Below, one piece after another: positions 51,349-64,000 of a stretch of 64,000 nucleotides of DNA. The stretch is from Lepidodermella squamata (Eukaryota > Animalia > Gastrotricha), in contig JBLDXI010000066.1 in the NCBI GenBank assembly GCA_047495785.1, positions 62,001-126,000 of the forward strand, read 5' to 3'. Each line of letters begins with the position of its first letter. Positions within the stretch are counted from its first letter, which is position 1. The position numbers and the translations under genes were made by a program. Under the pieces are notes generated by a model. It was not told the origin of the DNA, did not search any database, and saw only the letters and a program-made list of their open reading frames with translations.

Positions 51349-53049
51349 ATGGCTCCACTCACCCTGAAAACCTTCACGTTAAACTGCTGGTAATTTTTAT
51401 TAATTTTTTCTAATTTTTCCAATCTAATTTTTGTATTTAAAAGGATGCTGCCTGTTTTATCTAAGGATAAGGACATTCGGGCGCCGGCTATAGGTCGGCA
51501 TTTAGCCGAGTCCGAATACGACATAGTCTTCCTGCAAGAAGTCTGGTCCCATAAATGGTTCGAAATTATCGAAAAAGAGTGCATCTCGCGGTACCCATTC
51601 AGCCGCTGCTTTTTCAGGTTTCTAATTTGTTTGAAAAAAAATTGAATAATTATTCCTTAATTTATAGTGGCCGAGTTGGAACGTCTGGATTATGTATCCT
51701 GAGTCGATATCCGATTGTTGACAGTTTTTTCCATCCTTACATGATAAATGGTGACTGGCATGATTTCGCTCATGGGGATTACCATGCGACAAAAGGTAAA
51801 AACAAACTTTTTCAATTTTTTCAAAATTTTTCAATTGAAAATTTAGGCGTTGGTTATGCTCGAGTTATGGCCGGCGATTTTCCTGTCCATTGCTTTGTTA
51901 CACATGTAATTTTGTGTGTTTTTTCTGTAATTTTTAACCGATTTTTTATTATTTTTTCATAGATGCATGCTGAGTATGATCCGAAAAATGATCCGCATTA
52001 CGTTCACCGGCTAGCTCAGGCTTATGAAATTCTTAAATTTGCCGATCTGATGTCAGTGCCGAATGCGAGTGACACGCATGGATCGTTGACCTTGATAGCC
52101 GGTGACCTAAATCTGCAAACCAAAGACTTGGGCATCCAGCTCATTCAATACGGCGGATTTCACGGTAAAATATTTAAAAAAAAATCGAAAAAAATCAAAT
52201 TAAAAAATCGAATATTTTTATATATCGAATATTTAGAAATATTTTTCTAAAATTTCAACTTTTTAAAAATATTTAAAAATTCTTTGAAATACCTAAAAAT
52301 AATGGAAAATATTAAATTAGAAATTGGAAATCTCCTTGGCGAAAAATTATGCAAATTTATAATTTTTATAATTTTTCAGACTCATGGCAAGAAGTTCACA
52401 AGGGTCAATATGTGCCAAGTTGCGATCACCAAGGCAATCTTTACACTCCAAAATCGTATCAAACGTTGTTCCCAGGTGGAAAGCGGATCGACTACATATT
52501 TTACCGACCTCGTAAATAATTTTTCAAAATTTTAATTTTTATAAGTCAAATTTTTCTAAATTTTCAGAAAACGTTCGATGTGAAGTGATGAACAGTGAAA
52601 TTCACAATCTGAAAGTCGCGACAACTGACATACCGCTGTCCGACCACGAAGCCGTGACGACGTCGTTCAAAATTACGCCAGCATCGGACGGTAATAGTAA
52701 AAAGCAATCAAACCCTACAGCGAAGCATGGACCTCGAATCCGGAAGCTGCAGCATCACGAGGATGATTTGCTGCTGAAAGTGCATGAAATTTTTCAACAA
52801 TCTGCTAAAAAGAGCGAACAATCTGGCAAAAAGTGCCTCAATGTTATTGCAGGTCTTTTAGTATTCGGCGTTTTAACCTTGATACTTGCTCCCTTTCTGT
52901 GCTCTCTCGTTAGCGTTTTGATCTACACTTTGGTGGTTGTTATACTTTCAATTCATTACTTTGTTGCGAAACGTCAGGAATATAGCCATTTTCTGGAAAT
53001 TCAGCATCAAATTGAAGCCGATTTGCGGGCTAGGAAGCATTTCGACTGA
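51349..53049 (+). CDS. Neutral sphingomyelinase (SMPD2/nSMase1-like, EEP fold), copy 1
   Basis: FTLNCW, YDIVFLQEVW, SGLCILSRYPI, TH|MHAEY, AGDLN, RIDYIF, LSDHEAV and two C-terminal TM helices; about 7 exons. Confidence 0.9.
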
Positions 53050-53283
53050 TAATTCGAAGAGTAAATGAGGATTTTAATAAAATGACTTTGAGTATTTTCG
53101 GCGGTCGAAAAGAGTCTGATTTGAGGTTCATGGCATTGCTAGAATATTGACGCCAATTTCAGCCAGGTTAGTTTCACCGATATTTCGAAGCGATTTCCAA
53201 AGAATAAGGCCAATGTCCCCAGGTGTTTCCAAGTTTTGAATGGAAAAAATATCATTAATCGCAAAACTTTTGTTTATATTATT

Positions 53284-53490
53284 ACAGAGTGTCCCAGAAG
53301 TTGCGCAACTATTATTTTTCGATTTGGCAACATTTTGTAGGAAATTAAGCTAATTTTAAATTAACCTACTGAGAGAAAATTCCATGAAATTTCGAGATTT
53401 TATCGAAGAAATCAAATATTTACCGGAGAAACCCCGGAAAACCGCGATGGTTCGGTAATTTTCGGTATTACCCGGTTAGGCCAAATTAGG
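53284..53490. repeat. Tc1/mariner-like MITE end (family D)
   Basis: ta-cagagtgtcccag terminus plus gaaaccccggaaaacc..ttcggtaattttcggtat core; related pieces at ~1365-1570, 11585-11655, 11781-12025 and 43559-44220. Confidence 0.55.
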
Positions 53491-53990
53491 GCATTTAATT
53501 GCCTAATTCCGGCCAGGAGTCTAGGTGGCTTCAAAATTAGCCATAAATCAAGGTAAAATCGTCCGGACTTGCGGTAAGAGGCTTCGATAGCCCAAGAACT
53601 CCTCTAAAATTATGTATCTGCCGAATATTTTCTAAAAATTCAGCTGACTGGAAAAGTTGGAAAAATCCAAGAAAAAAGGCCGAATTTAGGGCGGGAGGCT
53701 CAAGGCTGATTTTAAAGTTATCGAAAAATGCATGGCGCATCGTTCGAGAGGAATTACTCAACCGCTCGTGCCTTTTTAAATTTTTTTGTAATTTTCTGTG
53801 TGAAACCAGAATAGCAGCGAGGTTAAAAAAGGACCCCATCCTTCTTTTTCACGCGTAAAATCCAAAAATTCGACGCGTGTAATGCCGCGGGAGATCAAGC
53901 ACATTAAATGACTGAATGACATTCAATCGTCATTCATTTAAATTTATTTTCTCGAATTTCTGATTTTTTTCGAAATTTCGAAACTTCTTG

Positions 53991-56900
53991 ATGGGCTATT
54001 CAATTCTAATATATTTGGCAGTGATGCTATCAGCAATAGCCATCGCCAACTCACAGCAAGCATACAAGCGCTGCTTCTCCCGATTCAATGACAATTTCTC
54101 TGGTTGTAAAACCAATTGCGCTTATTTCGAAGAAGTTCAGGTAAAATAAAATTTAATAAAAATTAATGAAAAAAATGTATTCTTAATTTCCATCAGCTCG
54201 GGCTTGCTTTGACTGGCCTCGACAGCTGCACGGCCGGAGTGCGTTTATTATATTATATCAAATTTTCTAGCAGCTGCTATATTCTATTTTGTCTAATATG
54301 TAGTCAGTTCGAAGCTGTTTCAATTTCAAGCAAATCAGCATGAGGTGCATTCCCAGGAATTTGGGATGCTCAGCTGATGAAGTTCAGGTTAAGTTCAATT
54401 CAGTAACAAAAATTCTAGAGATTCTAAAGATTTTCTCTGTTAGACGAGTGAGTTCCTGGGCCAGTCGTTCAAAGCGAAGTACGAAGAATGTCGAGCAGAT
54501 ATCAACAGTTTCATAGTTTGTTTTTTTTTGATCTCGCGAAATCTCGGGTGAAACGATATTTTTTGTATTTTGCAGATTCGGCCGGCTTATCTATGCGATA
54601 AAAATGGCGCCCGGCTCTGCATACCGATCAATGGAACCTGCCCTAACAACGGGGTGAGGCTATTCAACCCTCCTTCTAGTTTGTTGCGACCAAAACACGC
54701 TTCTGAATTATTTTTCAAAATATATTAAAATTTATCAGCAAGTTAAAAATAATGATCTCAGATTAAAAAGGCAAATATATAATAATTTTCAAAAATAAAA
54801 AATCGAAGAACTTTTTATTTTATTTATTTTCATCGAAAACCGTCCGAGTCAAGCTTGAATTCATTTGAATAAAATGCGGATATTTACGTGAGACGTACTA
54901 TAGGATGCCGCGGCTTTAAATATTTGCTCGAAAATAATAATGAGCTAGAATTGTGAATATTCACATCTAAATTTTTGTAAATAAATCAGCAAGTTGGACT
55001 TTGCACCTCATTTAAAAAATCACATTATTCATGATTGTTTGCGAGCCGCGGCGTCCTATAGGTCGTTTTGGTCAGAAAATTTCCAGAAAATTCCAGAAAT
55101 AGGTATTGAATTCAGTACTAAACATCATTGAATTCCGTACCAAATCGTTTCAATCAGTTCCAAATGCCAAATTTCAAGACCCAGCCTTCAACTCCAACCA
55201 AACTCTAACCCTAACCCTAACCCTAACCCTGAACAGTTTAATAGCGAATAAATTGGTTAGGTATTGAATTAAATGAAATGTTGGTACCGGCAAAAATTCA
55301 ATCCATGTTTACTTAATCCATGATTGGAAGGTATCAATTACGGGTAAAAGTTATCAACTAAAATTAAGACCTAAATTATCTAGCTTTCATCAGAATATTG
55401 AATGATTATCGGAATTAAAAATGAAATCTTTTACTTGTTCCCACAGGGATACGTCCGCACAGTAGTATCGCTGCAAGATTGTATGGTTGAGCAGTACAGT
55501 GAGTTGCACGCCATATCGTTCGCTATGTTGAACAACTCGGATTAAAGCTCGGATCAAAGGGTAACAAGTAAAACGTCATTTGAGACATTTAAGACAGAAT
55601 CGACTATTTTCAAATTCCTATCGAGCTTAGGTACGGGCCCTTTTTATAGGTACGGCACGTCTCATTGGTTTTCGCATCTTCATCCACGTAAACAATGCCT
55701 CTTGTTACTTGTCACTCATCACCTTACATTTCAAAGCTTTAATCCGAGTTTTCCAGCAATGCTAACGTTATCATCTCACTTGCCTTCACATCTTTTTCTA
55801 TGCTTTAGTTGTAAGAAAAGAAAGCGATTTCAAACCGCACTACCGCTGTTTCCTGGTCAGCGATCGCTCTTTTCTCGGCTGCCAATCGACAGCATGCAAC
55901 AGAACGTTTGCTACACAGGTATAGTTTTGCTGTAAAATTATTGAATTTTTCATATACGATGTTAACATAATAGGAGTTCAGCCTTGGCACTTATATGGAC
56001 AAACCTCACTGCACAGTTGGCGTGAGTCCACCTTATTCAAACCATGCATTTCTAATTCAAGGAAATGAAACTTCCAGCCTGCTGCACTTTGCTCGTCAGC
56101 CTCTGGGAACATCTGCCGAGGTTCATGCAGCTCAACCGGACTAACGCTGGTATGACAATGCTGGAAATTGTGCCTTTATAATTCTTCCTTGAATATTTTA
56201 AAATTATCTAAATCATTTTAAACCTTCCACTTGATTTTGAATTCAGGGTGCCACGTTCAACGCCAAGGCAGATTTTGCTGGCAATTATGCTGATTGCATT
56301 GGATCTCAGGTTTTCTTGATTCTTTGATATCTTCGAGGCTATCCCCTGTCGGAAAAAGTTGGACCGTGGTGGACCTTTTGGCCTTTCTCACAAGACGGTG
56401 GACCATGGTGGCCCATTTTGGACCTGGTATTTCGTGAATTTTTCCGTTTGGCCTCGGCGAATCTGAAAGTTGGTCATTCTATGGCCAGAAAGTGATTTTT
56501 GCGAAATTATTCGAAACATTTTTAAGAAAATTGGTGCAAGCATGGCCAACGCCCGATCTGCTCTGGAGAGTTTTATATGCAACGTCGCACGTTGGTCATC
56601 GCACGGCCAACGAGTCATTCTGCGTCAAATTTCCGGAAAATTAGCTAAACAGCTGGTCCATGGATGGCCATGACATAACCTTCTCCGAAAATGAGTTTTT
56701 TGAACTTCAAAACTTGGTCATTCCATGGCCAAGAGTTTATTTGTGTGCAAATTTCGAAAATTAGTATAAAATAGACCAGAAAAGGCCAAAACACTTCTGC
56801 GCTTAAAACACTGGCTTTTTACCTGGAATGGCAAAATTACACATCGGCACCATTTCGCCGGCAAGTCATCATGAGAGACCAAATTAGTCCAATAATTACC

Positions 56901-59900
56901 CGAAATTTTTTAGCTTTTTCACTAATTTTGGTATTATTTGTAGGAAGAAAAATTGATGAATAATTTGTTCTTAATGTGGAGTTCGTCCCGTATTTTGCAT
57001 TAACATCGAACTGTGTTGATTGATTATTTGATCGAAATTGCATCGAAATTTGATCGATATTCTTAATTTTTTCAGCCTTTTGATGGTGATTGTGCTGATG
57101 GTATTGTGACGAGTAAAAGCAAGCAAGGAAATGGGAATTTTCTAGACACAAGCTTAAAGTCCACATTTCTATCATTTTCTGTGCTTGTTATTTATTAGCA
57201 AAATTAGGAAAATCGTCAATCATCGGACATAAAAAATGACAACTGAAATCGCGCTAATTCAACTTCGTGATCACCCTGTGATCAAGTGTTGAAAAATCAC
57301 AGATGAAATGAAAAATTTGATAGAAATTTGAGCTGCGAGTGGCAGATATCCGCAATTTAAATTATTTTACGAAAATCGAGGAAAAATGCAACATTAATTA
57401 AAATACCGAGGTTCGATATAATCTATTTGGAGTATTTCAGCGTTGCCATGAATATTAACCTATGCAATTCATGACAATAAACCGGGCTCAAATATATGAG
57501 CACATTTTCAATTTTATTTATAACTAATAACTATGATAAGAGGCAATTTCATGAGTTCAATTGCAGCGGAAATTCGCAGCCGAGCGGCAGTCACAGCGCT
57601 ATTCTGGCTATTATTTTCTGGCTGACCAGTCAATATGGCAAGAATAAATTGGGCTTCAATGCCAGAATGGGATGAAATGATAATCAGCGACGAGAAAAAA
57701 GTTTTACAAAAATACTAAAAAATATGGGCAAAATGAAATGATAGTCTGGAGAAATGGTTGCGGACCATCGATTTTCGAATTTAAACGACACGATCTGGCC
57801 TGGAATATTTCTGGACGATTGAGCGGTCTATCACGCTTCAATTAGTATGGCAAAAATCATAGATCAAAGAAACATTAAAAGTTGACTCACAAACTAAAAT
57901 AAAAACTCGATTAATGTTTCAAATGCGCGAGTAAAACACTGTTGCGTAATAGAATTAAGACAGTGCATTGTTGAACAACGCAAAAATGAGTTCAATCGGC
58001 ATTTACCAAGTTTTCATCCTGTTTTTCACTTGAATTATCTATAGGTAGCGTGCCTCGACTCTTCGTAAATACAAAATAGGTTCATGTTTTCAATCAGCTT
58101 TTAGTACTTATTGATATTTTACCTCGCGATTGCCTGACACAACCTCCCCAACTAAATGCCCATATCGACTAGGTAAAATTCACTTTTCAGCGATCTTTTT
58201 AGCGAATGAATTTTTAAAAAATTGTGATTAAAATTCACCAAGAAATTCCCATAAAGTTGAGCAAATCGTGCTGCTCGCTGCCGATCTATAACTATCCTGG
58301 TTCTCAAAACGTCTTTCAAAAATGTGCAAGTTGAGTGTTTTTCGGAATTTTCCACTAATTTTTCTCAACTCAAATCTTTTCTTGTAGGACCTGGAACTTT
58401 ATTTTCGCAAAGGGCCAGGTGATGGTGTGATCGAATGCCGACCAATGGACCTTGAACAATGCGCTTGTTAGTACCCTTTCCAACCATTCGCGGTTCGACC
58501 ATTCGCGGTTTGTTTTTTTCGAAAAATTCAGGATTTTTTTTTAATTTACGCGATAGTTTCAATTTTTTCACTCAAATTTCAGTTCCCCGTGAGTTTTTTA
58601 CGTGAAATAATTTATCTAATTGTTAATTTGCTGTAGAATCTAGTCGATTTTTACCACAAGCCAATGCCTGGCAATCAAGTGTTAAACGAACTTTGCGCTT
58701 TGATTTTTCGATTCACGAGTTTGGGCTAACAGTCGAGGTTCATGGCTTCGATTTCCACCTTGCTCACAATTCTCATCATGGTTTGCCTGATAGAAAAGTG
58801 AGTTGAAAGTCTACCGAAAATGTGTAATTTTAATTAATTTGTATTGAAAAAAATAATTTTCAATTTTGGAAATAAATTCTTCAATACCTTTTTTCGTAAA
58901 ATCCAAACCAATTTTTGGAAAGGTTTATTAATTTTACGGTTTTCTTATGCAATTCTTCCCAATTTTTCTTTCATATTTTTCAAAAAAAAGTTATCCTGTA
59001 TATTTTTTAAATGAATTTTTTAATAATTTATGTCCCGTTGTTTTTCCAAATTTCAATAATTTCAATTTTTTATTTTTCATGCATTCAAAATATTGTCAAA
59101 ATTTCAATCGCTTATTAGCTGAGTCTGAATAAAATGATTTTAGGTTTTCTTAATTTTCGAATTTTACTAAACTGTTCTTATCATGCAGATGAAGTCCGTC
59201 ACTGGGTACTGGGTTGGACGAGAGAATGGACGAGAGTCGACGATGGTAACGATGACAATCACTTCTTCTGGCGGCGGCTGTCGACTACTGAACTCATGAA
59301 CATGTTCTTATTAGTTCTCATGACTTATTAATATCTCGTGAAATTTAAATAATTTGAAATAATGTCGAAAATGTATGTTTCTGTGGAATAAAAATTCATT
59401 CGAATTTTAAAGTTGAATTCTTGTACCAGAAACGGAGTAAAAGAAAGCTGGAGGACCAAAACAAGGCGAGGTTTAAGCTGAATTCTGACCCCATGCATGA
59501 CCACTGACGGCCAAATGGTTGGCCATGGCATGACCATTTTGCTTGGTAATTCTGGCCCACCGTGGCCCATTCCAAGTTGGCCATGGAAGGTCCATCATGA
59601 GGCCACGAATTTTGGGGCCACCTGGACCCAAATATGAGTGAATTTATTTTGGTCCACCGTGGACCAGATTTTTCCGACAGGGTCCCGTATATTTCCAGCC
59701 CCACACGCAGTGCCTGAACCAAAATACATCTGCGTTCGTCAAATGTCAGCCTAAAGGAACGTCGTGCCCAGCTGGAAGCATCAGTGGAAATACATTCAAT
59801 ACTCTGAACGATTGCTCAACTTGTAAGCAAATTAATGTCACTTACACGGAATTATTGAATGATTGAGCGGAATTGAATTGTGATTAATGGCCTGACTGTG

Positions 59901-60634
59901 TTTTAGTTTCATGCAGCCAAAAGTGTGCGAATGATGGGACTTGCGTCGCTACAAACAATTGTTCATGTACGCCAGCGTGGCAGGGTTCGGATTGTACGAC
60001 GCGTTAGTCAACACTTACTTTTTAATTCTTCGACAAAGTGTAAAACTGGGTTTTTGAAACAGCAAAATGTACGAATGAGCCATGCTCTGCTAACGCCCGT
60101 TGCGTAACGGCTGGAGGATCATGTTCGTGCGCCCCGGGCTGGAGTGTTCCACCGAATTGTACTAAAGGTATGCGAAACAACGTTGCTAAATATGATTTCA
60201 AGATTTCTACTACATTCAGCCGTTTGCTCGGATTGCACTGCTGAAAACCAGCAATGCCTTTTGCCTAGCCAGTGTACCTGCAAGACAGGTTGGGAAGGAG
60301 CCAACTGCACCAAAGGTAGGCTGCTTGTTGTTGGTTGATACGGCACTTATCGATGGTTTCTCCTTATTGAATAGCTATTTGCTCTGATTGTACTGGTGAG
60401 AACCAGCAATGCCCACAGCCAAACCAGTGCACGTGCAAGACTGGATGGGAAGGAACTAATTGCACCAAAGGTAGGCTACTTAAGGTTATTCCATAGGAAA
60501 CCAGATCGATGGTATTGCATAATGTCATTCCCTCACCTCTTTTATCATACCCTTTCCATTAAACAGCCATCTGTTCCGCCTGCGCCGCTGAGAATCAGCA
60601 ATGCCTGCTACCTAACCAATGTACGTGCAAAACA
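53991..60634 (+). CDS. Secreted Cys-rich protein with C-terminal EGF-like repeats, many small exons; truncated by the duplication junction
   Basis: MGYSILIYLAVMLSAIAIANS signal; Cys-rich micro-exons; one EGF per exon (CSQKCANDGTCVATNNCSCTPAWQGSDC; VCSDCTAENQQCLLPSQCTCKTGWEGANC; etc.). The last repeat stops at CTCKT. Confidence 0.7.
55202..55230 (-). repeat. Short telomere-like (CCCTAA)n tract
   Basis: ctaaccctaaccctaaccctaaccct, in an intron. Confidence 0.8.
55514..55771. mobile_element. MITE family A (intronic)
   Basis: tatcgttcgctatgttgaacaactcggattaaagct ... agctttaatccgagttttccagcaatgctaacgtta. Confidence 0.65.
56344..59682. mobile_element. 3.3-kb non-autonomous CMC/EnSpm-like element in an intron of the EGF gene
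   Basis: Termini ccctgtcggaaaaa ... tttttccgacaggg; 2-bp TSD tc; subterminal ggacc/tggcca repeats at both ends; no transposase ORF. Confidence 0.8.
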
Positions 60635-61103
60635 TTTTGCGCTAATTTTGCGCTAATTTTCCGCATGAATGAATAACGTCGCTGTGTGTATAACCGGTTG
60701 CGCATATAATATTATCATTGTTATTACATATTATTATTATTGTTATTTGACCAACTGCCACATTTCATTATTATTATGGTCATGTAGTTGTAGTAATAAT
60801 AGTAGTGCCGTGGTGAAAAATAACACAACGGCCGTTCCTAACGCTTTATTTATTCGCTGTTTACGCATATAGGCAGCGGATTCCTCTTCAGACGCCACTA
60901 CGACACAGTCAGTAGCTATATAGTATGTACACAGGCAGAGGCATATAGGCTAGAATACCAGTACTAACTCAGCATATTAGATTCACACAGGATTCGCCCC
61001 TATATACTTCCTGTTATTAAATAACTACAGCAGCAATAGCTTCTATACAAGCGATTTTCCTCGTTAATTTTTTTAGGAAATTCTGCCTTAAAAAAATAAA
61101 AAA

Positions 61104-62804
61104 ATGGCTCCACTCACCCTGAAAACCTTCACGTTAAACTGCTGGTAATTTTTATTAATTTTTTCTAATTTTTCCAATCTAATTTTTGTATTTAAAAGGA
61201 TGCTGCCTGTTTTATCTAAGGATAAGGACATTCGGGCGCCGGCTATAGGTCGGCATTTAGCCGAGTCCGAATACGACATAGTCTTCCTGCAAGAAGTCTG
61301 GTCCCATAAATGGTTCGAAATTATCGAAAAAGAGTGCATCTCGCGGTACCCATTCAGCCGCTGCTTTTTCAGGTTTCTAATTTGTTTGAAAAAAAATTGA
61401 ATAATTATTCCTTAATTTATAGTGGCCGAGTTGGAACGTCTGGATTATGTATCCTGAGTCGATATCCGATTGTTGACAGTTTTTTCCATCCTTACATGAT
61501 AAATGGTGACTGGCATGATTTCGCTCATGGGGATTACCATGCGACAAAAGGTAAAAACAAACTTTTTCAATTTTTTCAAAATTTTTCAATTGAAAATTTA
61601 GGCGTTGGTTATGCTCGAGTTATGGCCGGCGATTTTCCTGTCCATTGCTTTGTTACACATGTAATTTTGTGTGTTTTTTCTGTAATTTTTAACCGATTTT
61701 TTATTATTTTTTCATAGATGCATGCTGAGTATGATCCGAAAAATGATCCGCATTACGTTCACCGGCTAGCTCAGGCTTATGAAATTCTTAAATTTGCCGA
61801 TCTGATGTCAGTGCCGAATGCGAGTGACACGCATGGATCGTTGACCTTGATAGCCGGTGACCTAAATCTGCAAACCAAAGACTTGGGCATCCAGCTCATT
61901 CAATACGGCGGATTTCACGGTAAAATATTTAAAAAAAAATCGAAAAAAATCAAATTAAAAAATCGAATATTTTTATATATCGAATATTTAGAAATATTTT
62001 TCTAAAATTTCAACTTTTTAAAAATATTTAAAAATTCTTTGAAATACCTAAAAATAATGGAAAATATTAAATTAGAAATTGGAAATCTCCTTGGCGAAAA
62101 ATTATGCAAATTTATAATTTTTATAATTTTTCAGACTCATGGCAAGAAGTTCACAAGGGTCAATATGTGCCAAGTTGCGATCACCAAGGCAATCTTTACA
62201 CTCCAAAATCGTATCAAACGTTGTTCCCAGGTGGAAAGCGGATCGACTACATATTTTACCGACCTCGTAAATAATTTTTCAAAATTTTAATTTTTATAAG
62301 TCAAATTTTTCTAAATTTTCAGAAAACGTTCGATGTGAAGTGATGAACAGTGAAATTCACAATCTGAAAGTCGCGACAACTGACATACCGCTGTCCGACC
62401 ACGAAGCCGTGACGACGTCGTTCAAAATTACGCCAGCATCGGACGGTAATAGTAAAAAGCAATCAAACCCTACAGCGAAGCATGGACCTCGAATCCGGAA
62501 GCTGCAGCATCACGAGGATGATTTGCTGCTGAAAGTGCATGAAATTTTTCAACAATCTGCTAAAAAGAGCGAACAATCTGGCAAAAAGTGCCTCAATGTT
62601 ATTGCAGGTCTTTTAGTATTCGGCGTTTTAACCTTGATACTTGCTCCCTTTCTGTGCTCTCTCGTTAGCGTTTTGATCTACACTTTGGTGGTTGTTATAC
62701 TTTCAATTCATTACTTTGTTGCGAAACGTCAGGAATATAGCCATTTTCTGGAAATTCAGCATCAAATTGAAGCCGATTTGCGGGCTAGGAAGCATTTCGA
62801 CTGA
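61104..62804 (+). CDS. Neutral sphingomyelinase, copy 2
   Basis: Identical to 51349-53049. Confidence 0.88.
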
Positions 62805-63745
62805 TAATTCGAAGAGTAAATGAGGATTTTAATAAAATGACTTTGAGTATTTTCGGCGGTCGAAAAGAGTCTGATTTGAGGTTCATGGCATTGCTAGAAT
62901 ATTGACGCCAATTTCAGCCAGGTTAGTTTCACCGATATTTCGAAGCGATTTCCAAAGAATAAGGCCAATGTCCCCAGGTGTTTCCAAGTTTTGAATGGAA
63001 AAAATATCATTAATCGCAAAACTTTTGTTTATATTATTACAGAGTGTCCCAGAAGTTGCGCAACTATTATTTTTCGATTTGGCAACATTTTGTAGGAAAT
63101 TAAGCTAATTTTAAATTAACCTACTGAGAGAAAATTCCATGAAATTTCGAGATTTTATCGAAGAAATCAAATATTTACCGGAGAAACCCCGGAAAACCGC
63201 GATGGTTCGGTAATTTTCGGTATTACCCGGTTAGGCCAAATTAGGGCATTTAATTGCCTAATTCCGGCCAGGAGTCTAGGTGGCTTCAAAATTAGCCATA
63301 AATCAAGGTAAAATCGTCCGGACTTGCGGTAAGAGGCTTCGATAGCCCAAGAACTCCTCTAAAATTATGTATCTGCCGAATATTTTCTAAAAATTCAGCT
63401 GACTGGAAAAGTTGGAAAAATCCAAGAAAAAAGGCCGAATTTAGGGCGGGAGGCTCAAGGCTGATTTTAAAGTTATCGAAAAATGCATGGCGCATCGTTC
63501 GAGAGGAATTACTCAACCGCTCGTGCCTTTTTAAATTTTTTTGTAATTTTCTGTGTGAAACCAGAATAGCAGCGAGGTTAAAAAAGGACCCCATCCTTCT
63601 TTTTCACGCGTAAAATCCAAAAATTCGACGCGTGTAATGCCGCGGGAGATCAAGCACATTAAATGACTGAATGACATTCAATCGTCATTCATTTAAATTT
63701 ATTTTCTCGAATTTCTGATTTTTTTCGAAATTTCGAAACTTCTTG

Positions 63746-64000
63746 ATGGGCTATTCAATTCTAATATATTTGGCAGTGATGCTATCAGCAATAGCCATCG
63801 CCAACTCACAGCAAGCATACAAGCGCTGCTTCTCCCGATTCAATGACAATTTCTCTGGTTGTAAAACCAATTGCGCTTATTTCGAAGAAGTTCAGGTAAA
63901 ATAAAATTTAATAAAAATTAATGAAAAAAATGTATTCTTAATTTCCATCAGCTCGGGCTTGCTTTGACTGGCCTCGACAGCTGCACGGCCGGAGTGCGTT
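63746..64000 (+). CDS. 5' part of the second copy of the Cys-rich/EGF gene
   Basis: Identical to the sequence from 53991 onward; incomplete at the window edge. Confidence 0.65.

Larger units (their letters stand above)
60650..64000 (+). repeat. Apparently identical direct duplicate of 50895-54245 (offset 9755 bp), running off the window
   Basis: All ORFs recur identically at +9755; no differences were noticed in introns. Confidence 0.95.

Overview
Gene-dense eukaryotic DNA from a compact invertebrate genome: GT-AG introns are mostly 45-60 bp, and internal TTAGGG tracts suggest a non-arthropod, non-nematode animal (inference). 1-10 kb holds nested DNA-transposon relics and an F-box gene split by an apparently intact P-superfamily transposon (5274-9615; 216-bp TIRs, 8-bp TSD). 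10.4-31.7 kb holds 12 co-oriented minus-strand genes: DUF229, five Sushi+CAP paralogs, two Nodulin/Mch1-like MFS transporters, three SCAMP-like genes and an orphan multi-TM gene. 33-50 kb holds a Na+/K+-ATPase alpha-like pump with altered ion-site residues, a third MFS gene, three atypical papain-family proteases, and a two-exon gene that joins two LamG/ConA-like repeats to a Cys-loop ligand-gated channel (the most novel item). 51-64 kb holds a neutral sphingomyelinase and a secreted Cys-rich/EGF gene that is cut by a seemingly identical duplication (offset 9755 bp). All calls come from manual reading and motif recognition; no searches were run.
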